DNA of 63,964 bases, filler included, from Pseudovirgaria hyperparasitica (Eukaryota), in NCBI GenBank assembly GCA_010093815.1. It is 17 parts of 16 records of this genome, joined end to end, with 100 filler letters (N's around TTAATTAATTAA, not from the genome) between each part and the next. Parts side by side here need not be neighbours in the genome. Positions count along the whole stretch, not along the records: positions 35,358 to 39,472 come from ML996647.1; positions 39,573 to 43,662 come from ML996648.1; positions 43,763 to 47,773 come from ML996649.1; positions 47,874 to 51,616 come from ML996650.1; positions 51,717 to 55,278 come from ML996651.1; 12 more parts are not named here. The stretch is one strand, 5' to 3'. Of this stretch, positions 38,684 to 52,254 are shown in pieces. The notes under the pieces are model-generated. The model saw only the letters and a list, made by a program, of their open reading frames with translations. It had not been told where the DNA came from and searched no databases. Numbering within the stretch: position 1 is the stretch's first letter; each line of letters begins with the position of its first letter. The position numbers were made by a program, and so were the translations under genes.

Positions 38684-39472
38684 TATTAGGACGGGAACCC
38701 TAACGGACCTATATGGACCATTCTAATCCATGTAGCCACGTAGCGGCTAGAGCTAGGATAAGTTAGCTAGGTTAAGCGAGGTTACTATATAAGTGGACCG
38801 TATAAACCGATTCCTACTCGTTAGGAATTAACCTCGTATAAGAGTAAGACTACTCTATAAATATATTCCTATATCTCTCTATGAACTATTAGACTACTAT
38901 CCTACGTCTTTACTTATTATATTTTGATTTCTCTCTATATAGCACGACGGTAGCTCATAGAGATAGCTTCTACTATACGCTATAATACCCGTAGCACGAC
39001 CTCCTACGAGAGACTCTCCCTAAATCTAAATAAGAAGAATAGTCTCTCTACGACTACCTCTACTAATAAGTATACTCTATAAGCTATCATACTAATAACT
39101 AGTACGGCATTCCGTATAACTATAGAAGACTACCTAGATAATAAGGAAGGAGTCTATTATACTCCATCGCGGTCTAGTTCATACTATACTAGACCTATCC
39201 TTACTATAAGACTAGACTCTATTAACGTTAATAAACTAATTCGTTAGAACCGACTAACGTTAACCACGCCTTATAATAATATATATACTAGGCTATACAC
39301 GGAGAGGTAGTATTAGGCTTAGCTTAAATAGTAACTTTACGAACTTAACGAAGCGCGAGAATAAACCGCTAGACTTAAAGCCGTACTACGCGCTTTAGTA
39401 CTAGTAGTAACTAACCTATACTAATATAGACTAACTTAAGCCGAAATAGTCTAACTAAGTCTATTACTATCC
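38684..39472 (+). mobile_element. LTR copy 2 (38684-38921) plus RIP-degraded internal sequence
   Basis: Direct repeat of 36049-36286 followed by TpA-rich sequence that runs to the gap. Confidence 0.8.
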
Positions 39473-39572
39473 NNNNNNNNNNNNNNNNNNNNNNNNNNNN
39501 NNNNNNNNNNNNNNNNTTAATTAATTAANNNNNNNNNNNNNNNNNNNNNNNNNNNNNNNNNNNNNNNNNNNN

Positions 39573-42198
39573 CCACTTGTCCGTTTGCTTCATATGCGCC
39601 TGCGAGCGCGTGCTGCGATGCCCGTCGTGAAGGGTGCTCTTCTCCAAGATGCTCTTTCCGCCATTCATCAACAACCAAGAGCCAGTACATGCTCTCGCCC
39701 ATGCGTCCATCAGCGTAGAGGCAGAGCCCTATCTTAGAGCATAACGTATACCGCTCCTCCAGGTCCTGTGTCGTGCTATTACGTGCAAGCCGTGTTGCAT
39801 GCGGAAGATACTCTTGCCACAAGCCGCGGTTGGTGTAGTCGTCCAATGGAAATACTTGAGCTATATGCTCCGTCGCTTGCTTATTCACTGCGGTAGCCTG
39901 TCCCTCCTTCTCAATCCATATTTTGCTTGCTAAATGGACAAGCCGGTGCATGTCGTACGTCGTGCTAGACCCGCGGCGAGCGATAAAAGCATACGACTGC
40001 AGAACGCCGACTGCGAACAGCGTGTCCTCGTCAGATTGCGTACGTGGCAGCAAGGACAAGGGGATCGCTCGAGGCTCAATTTGCGATAGAAATTCAAGGA
40101 GCTGTGCCGCTGAATCATTGGTATCCTGGATTTGGGCGAACGATACTAGCCACGTTGTAGCTACTGCATTTGCCGCGTCAGAGTACCGCGTGTCATCTCC
40201 AAACTCGCGACTCATCAGACTGATCAGACTCTTCTCGGTCCCTCGCAGCGACGTTAGATAGTCAGCGATCGTAGTTTGTGTGACGTCGAGATACGCCGCT
40301 GCTTGTGTAATAGCTAGCGGATGGAATGACAGCTCCTCCAGTAACATTATCACAAGCCTATCGTGCCTCGCTGGACTATCTTCCGGCAGTGAGACATCGA
40401 AGAGTTGCCGCGCTTCCGTGTGATCCATCTCCTGGACGTCTACCGTGTTTCGACCTGCAAGTGAACGTGCAGCTTCACGGTGGCGCGTTGTAAAGACTAT
40501 CAGACCGTCTTCATGGGCTGGAAAGAAGCCTGTCAATCCTCCGTAGCTCTTTAGCTCTCTATTCAGCATATCTACATCATCCGCATTATCGAGAATGAGT
40601 AGCCACTTTCCGGCGCGCGACGAATGGATGTACTGATAAAAAGACTCCATCGGGTCCTCGTCCTTTACTACAGCTACCCCTGCCGCCTTAAGTACTGCGA
40701 TATAACTCTGCTTAAAGCTTTCCGCGCTTAGTGCTGCTATCCAGAAGACGGAAAACTTAGGTTGATTATCTCTGACCCAGTATGCGAGCTGCAGCGCGAC
40801 CTGCGTTTTGCCCACACCTCCAAGTCCGACTAGCGCCGTCCTCCTACAGCTCTTCTGATAGAATAACTTCTGTTGAAGCATGGCTAGCTGTGACGCGCGC
40901 CCAACGAAGTTCTGATTGCGCTCGAAATAAATCTCATAGCAGGGCGCATTAGGAGATTGGTTGACACGAGCTGTGGCAAGGTGAAAAGAGGTATTATGAT
41001 GGCTTGAGGCGAGTCTACATACCTATGTCGACTCGATCTTCCATCTCCCATCGTTGACGAACCATCTCGCCACCCTTTAGCAGCATCAGACGTACGTGTC
41101 CTGATATCTTCTTGTACCCTTGCTTTGCTGAATGCTCAAATCTTACCATGTCAATATGATTTGCAGGAATCGCGATCTGCTCGGCATCCGCAGCGCCTGG
41201 TACTGCCGCCGACGCTTTCGGCACAATCTATCCCTCTTAGCTGCTGTCGACATGCTATGTGCTAATATGCCCTTACCATCATAGAGTGCCCGAGCTTGGT
41301 CGGCGTCTTGTCCGCCTCGTACGCGAACTTTGTCACATAGTTGCCGCTGATCGGCCCATATTGTCCCAAGCTGCTGGAGCCACTCTGAGTCTCGCTCCAA
41401 GTGTTGCAGAAGCCGGTTGTCCGCAGGCACATACACTGAGGCGACGCTCACGAGCAGCTTCCCCAGTGTGACGCCGTTTCCGCCTTGATGTGGCGTGCCC
41501 ATGAATAGGATGCCATATGTCGATACGGCAATCGATCGGTGATCGTGGAGCGCGCCGTGACGGGCGGCGTCAGAGTGAATCAGCGCCTGGAAAGGTCAGC
41601 CTTGAAGTACAGCTACTCTCAGAGAATCCTACGCTCTTGACGATGATCCCGCCCAAGCTATGTGCAATGAAGATGATCGGACGTCGGGTGGTCTGCTTCC
41701 GCTTAGCTAGGCCCGTCTTCTGAAGGTGCCTTGTGTACCTCCGTCAGCTCTCGCTCCAGGCACAGGTCGGACACGAGCGTGAGGGCATAGTCGTACAGCG
41801 ACTGGCAGCTCACGCCCGACGCGCCGTGTGTGTTCGCGTTGTAGCCCCATGAAGAATGCGCGCGTTTGGAATATCGTTTGGGAGCAGGTCTCGAAGCCAG
41901 AGCTTGCCATTCTTCGCTGTCCACGCCCGCGCGCGGTGGCCGTTGATGCCGTGGATCGCGACGATGCTGAGGTGGGTTTAGTAACGATCAAGCGACGTGA
42001 CGGGAGACGTTGTATACTCGGCAATTGGATCCGTGCCTTCTGCGAGGACGTGCAGGCCGTAGGGCTCCACCGAGGACGGATCGGCTGATAGAGCCGGACC
42101 CGTCGACTGCACTATGGGGTTAGCGTGGAGATGGAGACGAACGTCAAACCGACCTTCTCGGGCTTCTTTGTTCGCAGAGTAGCTAGAAACGATCGCAT
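39573..42198 (-). CDS. Fungal NLR: SesB-like alpha/beta-hydrolase + NB-ARC + TPR; two apparent 1-nt frameshifts in the hydrolase domain; 3' end cut by the gap
   Basis: IVAIHGING, WLRDLLP, WGYNA, RPIIFIAHSLGGIIVK, ILFMGTPHQG, ANHIDMVRF; NFVGR, Walker A GLGGVGKTQ, WLLILDNADD, IVFTTR, PLAITQAAAY, MHRLVH; TPR start LGEEHPSRRASQHALA. Confidence 0.9.
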
Positions 42199-43762
42199 GG
42201 CGGGGAATGGATGAGGTGACAAGAGGGTGAGGGTATATACTCTAAGGCGCTGGGGGTATCACTCGAAGTACGTTCTTGCTCAGCCTTGTGGTCGCGCTGA
42301 GCCGCAGGTGCGCGCTAGGGCGACAAGTCTCAGCTGGGTGGGCTGGTGAGCTGGTGGAGGTCATTATTCCTATCGGCCTGAGGCAGTATCTTTCACATCC
42401 AACGTGTTTAACTAGGAGGTGATAAGTGTGGCTGCTGCTGTGGCTAGTAAGGCACAGCGCTGACAGTCATGAAACGCGTCAGGCACAGAAGCCATTGGAA
42501 CTGGCATGGAGGAAGCCAGGGATGAAAATGTCTTTCGTAGCATGTTCACGTAGACACAGGCCCCATCATTACTATGCCGGCCTCCAGAGTAGGTCACATT
42601 AAGCGCCGAACGAAAGCAGATTCATTAGGAAAGTTCACCAAGACCCCATAGGCTTGCTTTGGAAAGCTCTACGCTGGCTCGAGTAATGGCCTCGTCGGGG
42701 TGCTCTCTTATCGACATCCTAGAGAACAACTTAAGCACTGTCGTATGGGTGATTCTGCGCGACTCACACTTCTCGGCTGTATTGATGCTGTAAATCTGTA
42801 TCTAGAAACTGTGGATGACCGGAAAGGCAGACTAATCATCTGCTGGTGGATCTGTGGGAGTGTCCGCTTTCTTGATCCCGAAACGAAGCCCTCACGGCAC
42901 TTGCTATCCATGAACTGGAAACCAGGGCCGGCCTACTATATGTAGAATATAGTGCCACGCCTTATTGCATGCACAGCGGACAGCTTTCGACATGCCTGCT
43001 GTTTTTGGCAACACATCATCGGCACAGCCCAGACGATGTTGAACAGACCGCGTGAACATGGCCATGCCTAGTCAGACAAGTATAACATAGATCAAGCGGG
43101 TAGCTAGGCTGTTGCTGCTGTCCAGTACATCGTGGGCCACCGATGGGTTGTATCCCCATACCATTCCGGCCGTCCTAGGGATGATCGCTCACGGCGCTTA
43201 CTGGCACTTTGGCGATAGCGCCTGCAGTTCTTGCTTCGCTGATAAAGGTGTCTTCAAGGAATGCGTTCAGCTGTTTCCCAACAGGTCCCTACTATCCGAG
43301 AGCACTTGCACAGCAACGAGTCTGAGCTGCGGGGATTCCTGACGCAGTGGGTTTTCCCGCCTCATTAATGAATCGTTAGCTAGTATTGGATTGTCGGAGA
43401 CTAGCTGAAAGTCAACGCCCTTAGGAGGGCGCAGGGAGTTTATGCAAAAATGATTTTTGGCACCACGCATAATCCTGTAGACTTTTCAAGCAAGGAGGAG
43501 GTGAGTACGATTACTTGGCACACTGCGACGTAGAGTCAGACGATAGAACCGCTGGAAAAGGCGGATGAGTCGAGGACGTATAGAAATCAAGCACAAAGAA
43601 CGCATGATGAGAATCACGATACCAAGCTCTTTCTAATATCTAGACTTATCTAGGCGGGACTGNNNNNNNNNNNNNNNNNNNNNNNNNNNNNNNNNNNNNN
43701 NNNNNNTTAATTAATTAANNNNNNNNNNNNNNNNNNNNNNNNNNNNNNNNNNNNNNNNNNNN

Positions 43763-44132
43763 TGCTGAGCTGACTATCATCCACACTGCCGGCGAGATTC
43801 AACTTGTATACATCGAGACCGAAGCAGATAACCCCGACGGTACGGTATATTCACATCATTCCGGGATATCCATACAGCTTCTTCATTTCTTATATCATTA
43901 TTGCTAGCCTTGGGACCTTCTTTTGCACACCGAAATTAAAAGAATTGGAGGATTGATAAATTGGGTGGCTGTCAGTTGAGTGTTCGGTCCATAGATGATG
44001 GCTCGGATCGCAAAGATTCGTAATCAACGGAGTGTTGGCTGATTGACCCAGCCACGAGACCTAAGCGGTGAGTCCCATTATGGCAGACACGTTCTGGTGA
44101 ATGATCGATGAGGACTTCGGATGCACTGGTCC
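43763..44132 (-). repeat. Inverted copy of 52023-52395, including a BCS1-like fragment
   Basis: Near-identical reverse complement. Confidence 0.92.
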
Positions 44133-45547
44133 ACAACTTGGTTTCAGGCATGCTCTGGCGCTGGGCACAGCTGACGGACGATCTATAGGATCCCTGCTCG
44201 TGTTGGAAAAGAAAACCGTCAGATGCACTCACTGGGCAATCGGAGTGCGTCTCACCGGTCACTACCCCCTTCCCCTGTGTTGAACCCATACACACTACTA
44301 CGGGACCCCGCTTCAGTGCATCGTCCTGGAATTCGAGCCAACCAGCACAGATATCGCCGAGCTCAACAGCCCGTCTCCATTACAGGCGCCGCGGTACCTC
44401 GCACTGGTGGCTTAGTCTCAAATTTTGGATGACTATGATGTTCCTTGATAATTTTGGGTTAACTTTGATGGAAGCTCGAATGCCAACGCAACTTCCTATG
44501 TGCCCTCCAAATCAATAGATATAATTTCAAGTTCTGATCGAGTCGCCTCATCAGGAATCGCAAGCTGTGGTGCTTTTCTCAGCCCAGCTCTGGCAATCGA
44601 CCTTGGACCTTAACAGTTTTTCGAGGGGCAAAATTGGTAAGGCTAACTTTGCGTATTGGGATGATTCACGAATTGAATTTATGGGACCGTGCAGCTTTAT
44701 CGTTCATCAATTTCGGTTAGTCGCATTTATGCTCTTTGTGCCCTGTCAAAAGTGGTGGGAGAACCCACGGTCTGCAGTCGCTTTCTGGTGTTGGACATTC
44801 GCAAGATACACATCTTCCTTAAACCCTCAACGATCCAATCCAATCTTGACACTGACCGCTATGTGCCTCCCCGTATTCGCTAAACCTGAGGTCGCGGCGG
44901 CTAAAGTTTCACGAGAGATGAAAAGGCTGTAGGGTGGCAAAGATTTCGAGCCTGTGGCTGTTGACTGGAAGATGATGTTGCTAAATTTAAGTCGAGGCTT
45001 AACAAGCGGCGATAGAGCTAGAGTTGTGCTTGTCGATCGCGAAGCCGTTGTACCAGTATGGAACAATCATCTAGCTATCGCGAGTTGATGTCATGCGGGC
45101 TTGTGCTATAGTTGTGCGAAGCAGCTCGAAAGCAGTCAGTTGCGTCTAGGTTCGTCATGTAATCCGCATAACAGACCGAGCCTCACGAGAGGATTGAGGC
45201 GCACGAGGCCACGCGATGTAACCTTCAAGGTGAGGCTGCGAAGCTTTGGACCAAATGCATCCCAGCCTACATAGCAGACATCACTGATAACTCTGGCGCT
45301 CTATTTTTGCCTTATCAAGATCACATCAAGATCACATAACGGTCTGCCAAACTCTTCTTAGATCTGGTGAACTACCTTTCCAATCCATTCAACAATCACA
45401 CGTCAACACCCTCCTACGCCGCTTTCTACGCCAAGTTTTCTCATACGCGGCCGACATTAATCGCGCCTAATCATTCTTGGCCTTGTGAAAGACTGATCCA
45501 CATTGCAAAAGTCTAGCCTCGAGAACAGAAAGCTTTAGAAAAACCCA

Positions 45548-46404
45548 ATGACTGACTACTTCACCGAAGACACCGACCGCTCTGTGCTGGGCGATAATGA
45601 CATTATGAGCCAACTGTTTCCACAACCATCCAGCGCTTCGTCACATTCCGACACCATGTACGGAACTACCCTTATATACCACAGTCCACACTTACCTAGT
45701 ATATCTGCTGGTGGCTCTCCGGATTACTACGGCAGTCCGCATCTAACACCTCTATACGGCCAACCGACATACTGGAATTCACTGCAACAGAATCCCAACC
45801 AGGCCGATTTCTCATATCCTCAATACTCTCTTCAGTCAGTAACGATGGCACCACTCCAGTCAATCCCTAAATCACCGCAATATCTCAATTCATACCCCTC
45901 GATATTCCGCTCATCATCAACATCCTCAAATGGCACATACCATCTTGCCACCTCTGGGGACTACACACGCGTATACCGACGGTCCGTCTCGCCAAGCACG
46001 CCCGACTTGCGTGCATACGGCTACCAGAATGAGAACGGATCATGGACATGCGCCTACCCAGGCTGTGCATCCAAAGCGGTGTTCACACGAGGATGTGACC
46101 TACGGAAACATCACAAACGACACACGAAAGGTTACTTCTGCTCTCATGAGAGTTGTCTGCAGAGTACGGGAGGCGGGTTCTCGAGAAAGACGGATCTAGC
46201 CAGGCATATGGCAAGTCATCAGCCCAGTATTGTTTGTGAGTGGGATGGGTGCGAGAGGGTTTTCAGTAGAGTGGATAGCATGGTATGTGGAGCGATCGTT
46301 GTTTCTTGGAACGTTGCTAACGAGTTTTTTAGAGGGTTCACGTTAAGAGGATACACTTGAAGAGTATTCGTGGAGAGGTACGAAACCGAGTCAACTCTGC
46401 CTAA
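45548..46404 (+). CDS. C2H2 zinc-finger transcription factor with 3 fingers; intron 46283-46332
   Basis: CAYPGC...FTRGCDLRKHHKRH, CSHESC...FSRKTDLARHMASH, CEWDGCERVFSRVDSM-intron-RVHVKRIH. The intron is GTATGT...GCTAAC...TAG. Confidence 0.9.
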
Positions 46405-47433
46405 GCTTTGAATTGAGCAGGCCGCTTGCAATTCGTGTATGATTAGTTATGAGGTATCGCCTGCCTGAAGAGCCAGAGAAGAACACAATAGGTGTGATGC
46501 GAAACGATGTGGCATATAGGGGATTACGTTTCGTCATTAGGTTGCATTTGCTTCAGCGCACCGACACCAAAGGATTTGGAGTAGTTCCTTATACCAGAGG
46601 TATAGTGGTCTCACATACTACATTGTTACACTATATTAAATATCAAGCCTTTGCGATGTATAGAAAAGATCGATCAAATCGAGGCTAAGAAGGCTGGTTA
46701 AAGGCCTGAAGTAGAAGATAAACCGGACTCAAAAGAATAAGTTCAAGGGCAGACTACCAACAGACCGCGGGGTCGTGAATACCAGAGATGCTATTGTGTA
46801 CTATAGTAACATGAAGATATGGTCCCACAAAAGCAAAGTATACCTGAGACTTGTGTAGATCTTTTTGGATTGAAGATCACGTTCTTCATGTGTCAGCATC
46901 TGCCTATCTCCGATCGAAGGAGCCATATATCCGCGCCCCTGAGCGAACGTCATTCTCTATGAGTGTCTCATCCCTGTTCGGGAAGACAGTGCTATGATTA
47001 TAAGGTTCTGGTAGCCTACACCTTGCTTTTCGAGAGTCCGGGCCAGGCCCACTTTCGACAACTCAGTTCGGTCAATTTACAAAGGGAGCTCAGAGCACAG
47101 CAGTGTCTCCGGTGATAAATCTGCTGGGCCTACTTGCAGTGAATTTCCTTATTCACAGACCTTGGCGTAAGCATGTTAGAACTCGAAGTGATCCATCAGG
47201 CACGGCTGTCTGGCTGTAGCCCGGGTCTGAAAAGGGATAGCTTGGCGCGAAGGGGTGGATGATGATCACAACTGAGATGGCATGAAACATTGTGCTTTCT
47301 GTGGAGCCCTAAGAGATATCCACAGTGTAATAGACGACGTATCCTTACGCTTGATAACAATATCAACAATACGAAACGTGTCTATCATGACAACAGCGAC
47401 CACCGACTCACGGCGATACCATCACTCTATCCT

Positions 47434-47773
47434 GTCCGAGACTCGAGTACCATACAAGGGTACCTTCTATCCTCGCGCCGACGTAGCACGGAGTTAAAAG
47501 AACCTGGATGGAAAACTTGTTGATTTCAGTAGCGCGCTGATATCTCCACACTGGTGGCTCGATTCTCTCAGACCACTGCGGCGCCAGAGGGTGTTGGACG
47601 AGGAGCTTTTACTGTTCATCGAGAGGCTAGACACTGTCCGGGGGGAGGTCCTCCTCCACATAAGCGGACGTTTGGCCTCTGCCCAAGCATAATCCCCTGG
47701 CCGAGCTTTGAAGCATTCGGGACATAGTCTAAATCAGGACTCCCGCTGTCCTTGTCTAGCCAGTATTGTAACC
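47434..47773 (-). repeat. Inverted copy of 51717-52026
   Basis: CTGGCTAGACAAGGACAGCGGGAGTCCTGATTTAG...GTACTCGAGTCTCGGAC is shared, with small indels. Confidence 0.9.
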
Positions 47774-47873
47774 NNNNNNNNNNNNNNNNNNNNNNNNNNN
47801 NNNNNNNNNNNNNNNNNTTAATTAATTAANNNNNNNNNNNNNNNNNNNNNNNNNNNNNNNNNNNNNNNNNNNN

Positions 47874-48400
47874 CAGTTGAGGCCTCTTGCCAAGAACTGA
47901 CGCTTCAGTTCAACTTCAATTTAAGTTAGTATTGAACTGGAAATAATTGAACTGAACTGAAGTATATATATACTCTAGTATATTCATATATATAATAGCT
48001 ATGGGTTATATAATAGGTAGATTAAGTAGCCTAGGGTGTTAGGCATTAAGGCATGTATACCGGAGAAATGATATTCCGAGCCGAGCTTATACCGCCGAGC
48101 TTATACCCGCCGAGCTTATACTAGAAACTTCCGCCGTCTATTAATTAGTTACTTGATAGATATAGACGTTTTAGACCGACTAAGTACTTAAAATATACCT
48201 AAGTATACGTCTAGGTGTACGAAGAGGTATTCGAAAACCATCCACACAGCCTTAAATATACTATTTTTAAGTATATTTACTCGACTACCTACTAAACTTC
48301 AGTTCAACTCAGTCAACTTCAATTCTACTACTAGAACTGACAGTCCAGTTCAAATATACAGTAGGGTAAACTGAAGTACTTCAGTTCAACTTCAAACATA
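47874..48400. mobile_element. Degenerate DNA-transposon end / MITE-like remnant with many TTCAGTTCAAC / GAACTGAA subterminal-type repeats; partial homolog at ~60005-60125
   Basis: Repeated short motifs in both orientations, triple CCGAGCTTATA, AT-rich RIP-like core; the left part recurs at ~60005. Confidence 0.55.
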
Positions 48401-48530
48401 GGCACAGATTTGAACTGATTGTTTGATAGGAAGTCTGGAACTGTGTGCCGATTCCGCGCCAGAAAATTGCTGCTACCGAAGCACCTGGCGTGACGAGATC
48501 ATGTCATCTCGAACTATAGACGGCTAGCCG

Positions 48531-48590
48531 AGATACACTATTCCGCTTCTGGTGCGACAGGATCGTACCGGAAGCAGAATAGTGGAATCT
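48531..48590. repeat. Imperfect ~27-bp hairpin related to 124-162
   Basis: AGATACACTATTCCGCTTCTGGTGCGA-CAGGA-TCGTACCGGAAGCAGAATAGTGGAATCT. Confidence 0.8.
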
Positions 48591-51500
48591 GCAGTTTGCC
48601 ATGTCAGTTGAACTGTCCAGAGCTATCACCACACTCTCTCCCCACTATGGCGATTCAGGAGAGCTTTGTGTTAGTTCAACTAGAATTATTTAGCCGTATG
48701 GGACAGCATTGGCAGGACTGCCATGATTTCAATATTCCTCTAAGAGCCTCGCAATGTGTAGAATCCACGGCAAATGCTTCGATACGTACTGCGATACTGG
48801 CACCGCAGTCAGAGACTGAGTCTACCGAGTTGCAGCCGCCTTCACAACAAAATTGATAGAACCGCTGATTTATGGAAAGTGGGATTCGCACTACACCATC
48901 CATATATAGCTTTGATAATCCTTTTCGACCCTCATGTTAGTCGGAGGGAGCATGACCGCGCCTCCGAAGCAGCACATGTATGAATATACAGCGGGAAGTC
49001 CGCCCCTGCCAGTGCCATATAACAGTGATTATTCTTATAATGCTGTTTATTATGTATGCAACTGCCTTCGCGCTATCCGTATTACGGATGAATAGAGAGC
49101 GTTGTTGATACAGCCATGAAACTCGTACATGATGGATGCCCGCGGCCGCGTAAGACTCGAGGACATCGCCGCCTACCTGATGATGATATTACGCCTCTCC
49201 TTCCCTGTCTCAGCAAGGCGAGTTTTGTGACGCGGAGTTGGCACATAGCTCTCAAGTAATGCACTAAAGCGGGGGGAGGGGGGGGGCGGCACCGGTAGAT
49301 GTGGGATCAGCTCGGGGGAGGGGGTTGGGGACAAACCCCACGATCACCGACAGAGTGATAGGTGGCTGCCGGGGCAAGGTCATATAGCCAACGAGATATA
49401 GGGGGCTCCCGACGACTCGAAAAGTCCAAGGATCTTGTGTGCCGCACCCCAGAGCCGGTGCGGTAGTCCATGTGAGTACAGGCTTGCTCAGAAGATGAAC
49501 GCTATGTCGTGGGGAAGTCCGAAACCAAGCCATGGATCAGTACGTCTGTGACCACTGCTGAAAGAGCGACAGAGATCTAGGACATTAGGATATATATGTG
49601 TCCCACAGTCCTTGACCAGTCAGTCACCGCTGCTCGTTTGCCTCATGCTATCTTACCGGTTACCTGCTGCCTACCTCTTTTTAGTATATCATAATATGGT
49701 CCTGCAGTCTCTCCGCGTTTTCTCTCAGGCGGACGTACTCCGATCAGGAGGCGAAGCGAACGCGTCGAAGGACGATAGTATGTGAAGTACCCTTTATTGC
49801 TCTAGATTGGTGGAAGACCAACTTCCCTCTCAGATATCGCGACATGTCTACTCATGATTGTTTGGACCTTACTCCCGTGCACCAGGCCGCGGAAACCGAC
49901 CAAGATCGACAACCACGAAGACAATTCAAAGGTCGACAGAATGCAAACAGCCGAAACCGACCTTCACGGTCATACCCCCGGAGTTCCTGAGGACAAAAGC
50001 GTTTCAGATGCTGTACAACAGCTTGCAGCCACAGAAACACAGAAGCGCCATCTTGGAAATCCTCAGCTAAGAGTCTTCTCGCCGTCTGCTGCGCTGCCAA
50101 TCTTTGCTGCCACTACCAGCGTGCAGATTCCTGGCTGCACCCAGCCTGTATATTCGGCAGCGGAAGGAATACGTTTCGCTGGCACCCCTCCTCCGACCCC
50201 ACCCGGCTCACCTGACACCGAGCCGCTCAAGAGCCTCTCTTCTGATGACGATTGGCCCTTAAAGGCGAGTTTCGAAGATTTTCAATCATCGATCGTGAGC
50301 AATCCTGTCGAGAACACTATTAGAGATTCTATACTGAAGCGCGAATCTATGTGCATCGTACATGGTCCGACCGTTTGTCCTGAAGATTGCTAATATGTGC
50401 GCCCTGAATCAGCCGTGCGACCTTTGGAACAATCGGCACTGGCGAGCTCCCGCCCCGGCCCAAACTCTTAAGAAGCTGTACTTCCAAGGAGACATCACAT
50501 GGGAACTGCTGTGAAGATAGGAAGGATGGTAATGTAGGCCAAATCCACATGTTGCGAGGAGCTATATAACCAAGAGGAAGTTAATATGATGATGCGTAGT
50601 CTCCCAGCGCTAAGAGATGATCCTGGTAGCTGCCAAAACCAATGCTACAGATGTCTAAGTAAAGCCCTTGGCCATATTCGATCACGAAAGAAGGACATGT
50701 ACACGACGATAGTAGGCACAGTCTAAGATAGGACCTGCAACTCATTCTAGATGACAGGGCGGCTTTCTATGGAGTGACAGGATGCCAGTGTCGACCAGCA
50801 ATGCAAGAATCCGACCGACTGAGGAAAGCCGTTCCGTTCGTGATTGCTAACGAGGTCACCTACTCTAAGCTTTAGTTAAGATATTCGACTTTAGAAGGCT
50901 TTATTTTAGGTGAACATTTAGCTCTGTAACCTCTCGAGATAAACTTATATACTATCTGTCCTTTCGTGGCTTCTAATCTATACTCTTAAGCGTCGTCTTC
51001 GCTAGCAGATCCTTTGACCGAAAAAGATCCAGGAGAGACAATCCGGCGGCGCTGATTAACTTTCAATTGGAGCAACGACTCAACTGGCTCTAGCTCGTCT
51101 CCCGTCGTTATCCATTCTAGGTTCTAGCTTGTTAGATCCTAGAGTAAATAGGAACTCAAACTCCTACCAAGTAGTTAGTATATTGCTTTCATGCTGCCCA
51201 ATCGTGGATTTACACGCAGTGAAAATATCAACTCCTATATAAGTGGGTCCATGGAGGAGATAGACACACTCATTTCTTAGACGAACCTGTGAAGTGTCAA
51301 GAATATTGCTTATCTGTTTGGTACTTTTGATCATAAATAGCGAGGGCAGCACTTTACGGTTCTTTCTCCAAAGGCGTACGTACCATGGCCATAATTGAAA
51401 ATTTGACGGGCATAGCTGAACACTCGCATTCGTTTGGAGATGCGGGCCATGGTCAAGTTCGACGGTATTTGAGCATGAGAAACAATACAACGTCATCACC

Positions 51501-52254
51501 GTAGATGACTGGACAGATATCACCATGTACCTGCTTGCTGACGGACATCAGTTTACTTGTAGGTCCAAGTCCCCTTTGCCATCAGACGGCCTGACGCCCC
51601 TGAGACCGTACTGTCGNNNNNNNNNNNNNNNNNNNNNNNNNNNNNNNNNNNNNNNNNNNNTTAATTAATTAANNNNNNNNNNNNNNNNNNNNNNNNNNNN
51701 NNNNNNNNNNNNNNNNGTTACCATACTGGCTAGACAAGGACAGCGGGAGTCCTGATTTAGGACTATGTCCCGAATGCTTCAAAGCTCGGCCAGGGGATTA
51801 TGCTTGGGCAGAGGCCAAACGTCCGCTTATGTGGAGGAGGACCTCCTCTAGCCTCTCGATTCGTCGCTCAGCAATATCTCAGGAATCGATTTTTGCCTCT
51901 CTGATCATCTCTCTGAACAGTAAAGAATCGAGCCACCAGTGTGGAGATATCAGCGCGCTACTGAAATTCCGTGCTACGTCGGCGCGAGGATAGAAGGTAC
52001 CCTTGTACGGTACTCGAGTCTCGGACCAGTGCATCCGAAGTCCTCATCGATCATTCACCAGAACGTGTCTGCCATAATGGGACTCACCGCTTAGGTCTCG
52101 TGGCTGGGTCAATCAGCCAACACTCCGTTGATTACGAATCTTTGCGATCCGAGCCATCATCTATGGACCGAACACTCAACTGACAGCCACCCAATTTATC
52201 AATCCCCCAATTCTTTTAATTTCGGTGTACAAAAGAAGGTCCCAAGGCTAGCAA

